A stretch of 64,000 nt of DNA from Blastopirellula sp. (GTDB lineage Bacteria > Planctomycetota > Planctomycetia > Pirellulales > Pirellulaceae): the NCBI GenBank assembly GCA_002701545.1, contig NZVR01000152.1:8790-72789 (forward strand), read 5' to 3'. How positions within the stretch are numbered: the first letter of the stretch is position 1; each line of letters opens with the position of its first letter. A program made the position numbers and the translations under genes. Below the pieces are notes generated by a model, which worked only from the letters and a program-made list of their open reading frames with translations, was not told the DNA's origin and searched no databases. Below are positions 63,707 to 64,000 of this stretch, in pieces.

Positions 63707-63784
63707 GACCTTCCAACGAAGGAATGGCTCAGATACGTTTCAGCTCCCAAAGTTGATGTAATCCGAACCGACAGTTGGTTGGTC
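63707..63784 (-). ncRNA. Candidate Y-RNA-like unit W (short form), starting 2 nt after the tRNA-Cys-like gene
   Basis: Closing helix GACC-AA-CCAAC (63774-63784) / GUUGG-AA-GGUC (63707-63717): 5 + 4 bp around an AA/AA internal loop. Shared 5' motif UGUCGGUUCGGAUUACAU, plus the GAAACGUAUCUGA motif also present in Y0. Confidence 0.35.
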
Positions 63785-63786
63785 AG

Positions 63787-63857
63787 AGACGCAGGTGGGA
63801 ATCGAACCCACTTCCACTGCTTTGCAGGCAGTTGCCTGGCCATCTGGCTCCCGCGCC
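63787..63857 (-). tRNA. tRNA-Cys(GCA)-like gene (cloverleaf complete, non-canonical G8/G14, no encoded CCA)
   Basis: Acceptor GGCGCGG/CUGCGUC (7 bp, two G.U). D-arm GCC(A)-GAUGGCC-(A)GGC with A13.A22. Anticodon arm ACUGC-CUGCAAA-GCAGU (anticodon GCA at 63823-63825). 4-nt variable loop. T-arm GUGGG-UUCGAUU-CCCAC (63795-63811). Discriminator U, as expected for tRNA-Cys. Position 8 is G rather than U. Confidence 0.55.
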
Positions 63858-63933
63858 ATTGTATGTGCAAAAAAGTCCTTCCTCGTTGGCCTTCCTGGTT
63901 AGCGTTTCGTCAGTTTGCTTGTTTCGAGGCGAG

Positions 63934-64000
63934 TAGCCCGTCCAGGAATTGAACCTGGTCCAACAGCTTCGGAAGCTGTCATGCGATCCAACACACCCAC
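63934..64000 (-). tRNA. tRNA-Arg(CCG)-like gene, 5' end beyond the window edge (partial)
   Basis: Anticodon arm ACAGC-UUCCGAA-GCUGU (anticodon CCG at 63970-63972). T-arm CCAGG-UUCAAUU-CCUGG (63942-63958). 3' acceptor strand ACGGGCU + discriminator A. The D-arm is weak (GUGU/GCAU with two G.U), and the acceptor 5' strand is not visible. Confidence 0.5.

Noticed and set aside
63048-63784. The repeated motifs could be a CRISPR array or REP/MITE-type repeats
   Set aside because: There are no near-identical direct repeats at regular spacing and no cas genes. No terminal inverted repeats or target-site duplications are visible. The units differ in length (73-148 nt) and keep pairing rather than sequence.
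63068-63952. Several 60-130-aa ORFs on both strands across the rsr-upstream region (e.g. 63068-63394+, 63245-63451-, 63388-63756+, 63569-63952+)
   Set aside because: They overlap each other in different frames and cross T-arm/D-arm sequences and the compensated helices. They lack RBS or family motifs. An RNA-coding interpretation explains the region better.
1-64000. Search for mobile elements, prophage genes, rRNA, CRISPR
   Set aside because: No transposase, integrase or recombinase-like translation appears in any long ORF. No long inverted terminal repeats were noticed, and no rRNA-like or CRISPR-like sequence was seen.

Overview
This is a moderately GC-rich, almost fully coding bacterial chromosomal window whose gene content points to Planctomycetota (Pirellulales-like). 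It holds five PSCyt/DUF1549/DUF1553 + DUF1501 gene sets and one DUF1592-family + DUF1552 pair. Many proteins carry Tat or Sec signals, and one secreted giant has the N-terminal 'LESLEQRLALTA' motif. Other genes include a 1792-aa GH18-GH5-Calx-beta-CBM2 enzyme, carbohydrate esterases, an AraC regulator, a Gfo/Idh/MocA oxidoreductase, a hybrid histidine kinase and assorted hydrolases. I saw no transposase, integrase, CRISPR array or rRNA. Two loci stand out. (1) At 61.4-64.0 kb on the minus strand, a clear Ro60/Rsr (TROVE + vWA) gene is preceded on the same strand by about 950 nt with no credible ORF. This stretch contains two cloverleaf tRNA-like genes followed by six tightly packed paralogous structured-RNA units. 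Each unit is closed by a helix whose sequence differs between copies while pairing is kept. Three units carry tRNA T-arms, and one is a circularly permuted tRNA mimic ending in a U7 tract. I read this as an unusually expanded Y-RNA (YrlA-like) locus. (2) At 6.2-13.6 kb on the minus strand, a two-gene operon encodes a Ser/Thr kinase fused to three TIR-like/flavodoxin-fold modules. It is followed 9 bp later by a 1680-aa nSTAND-type P-loop NTPase with one TM helix, beta-propeller-like repeats, a DUF1080-like module and ankyrin repeats. This is a candidate conflict or signalling system. All calls rest on reading the translations and hand-folding the RNA. RNA ends, several start codons and domain boundaries are approximate.
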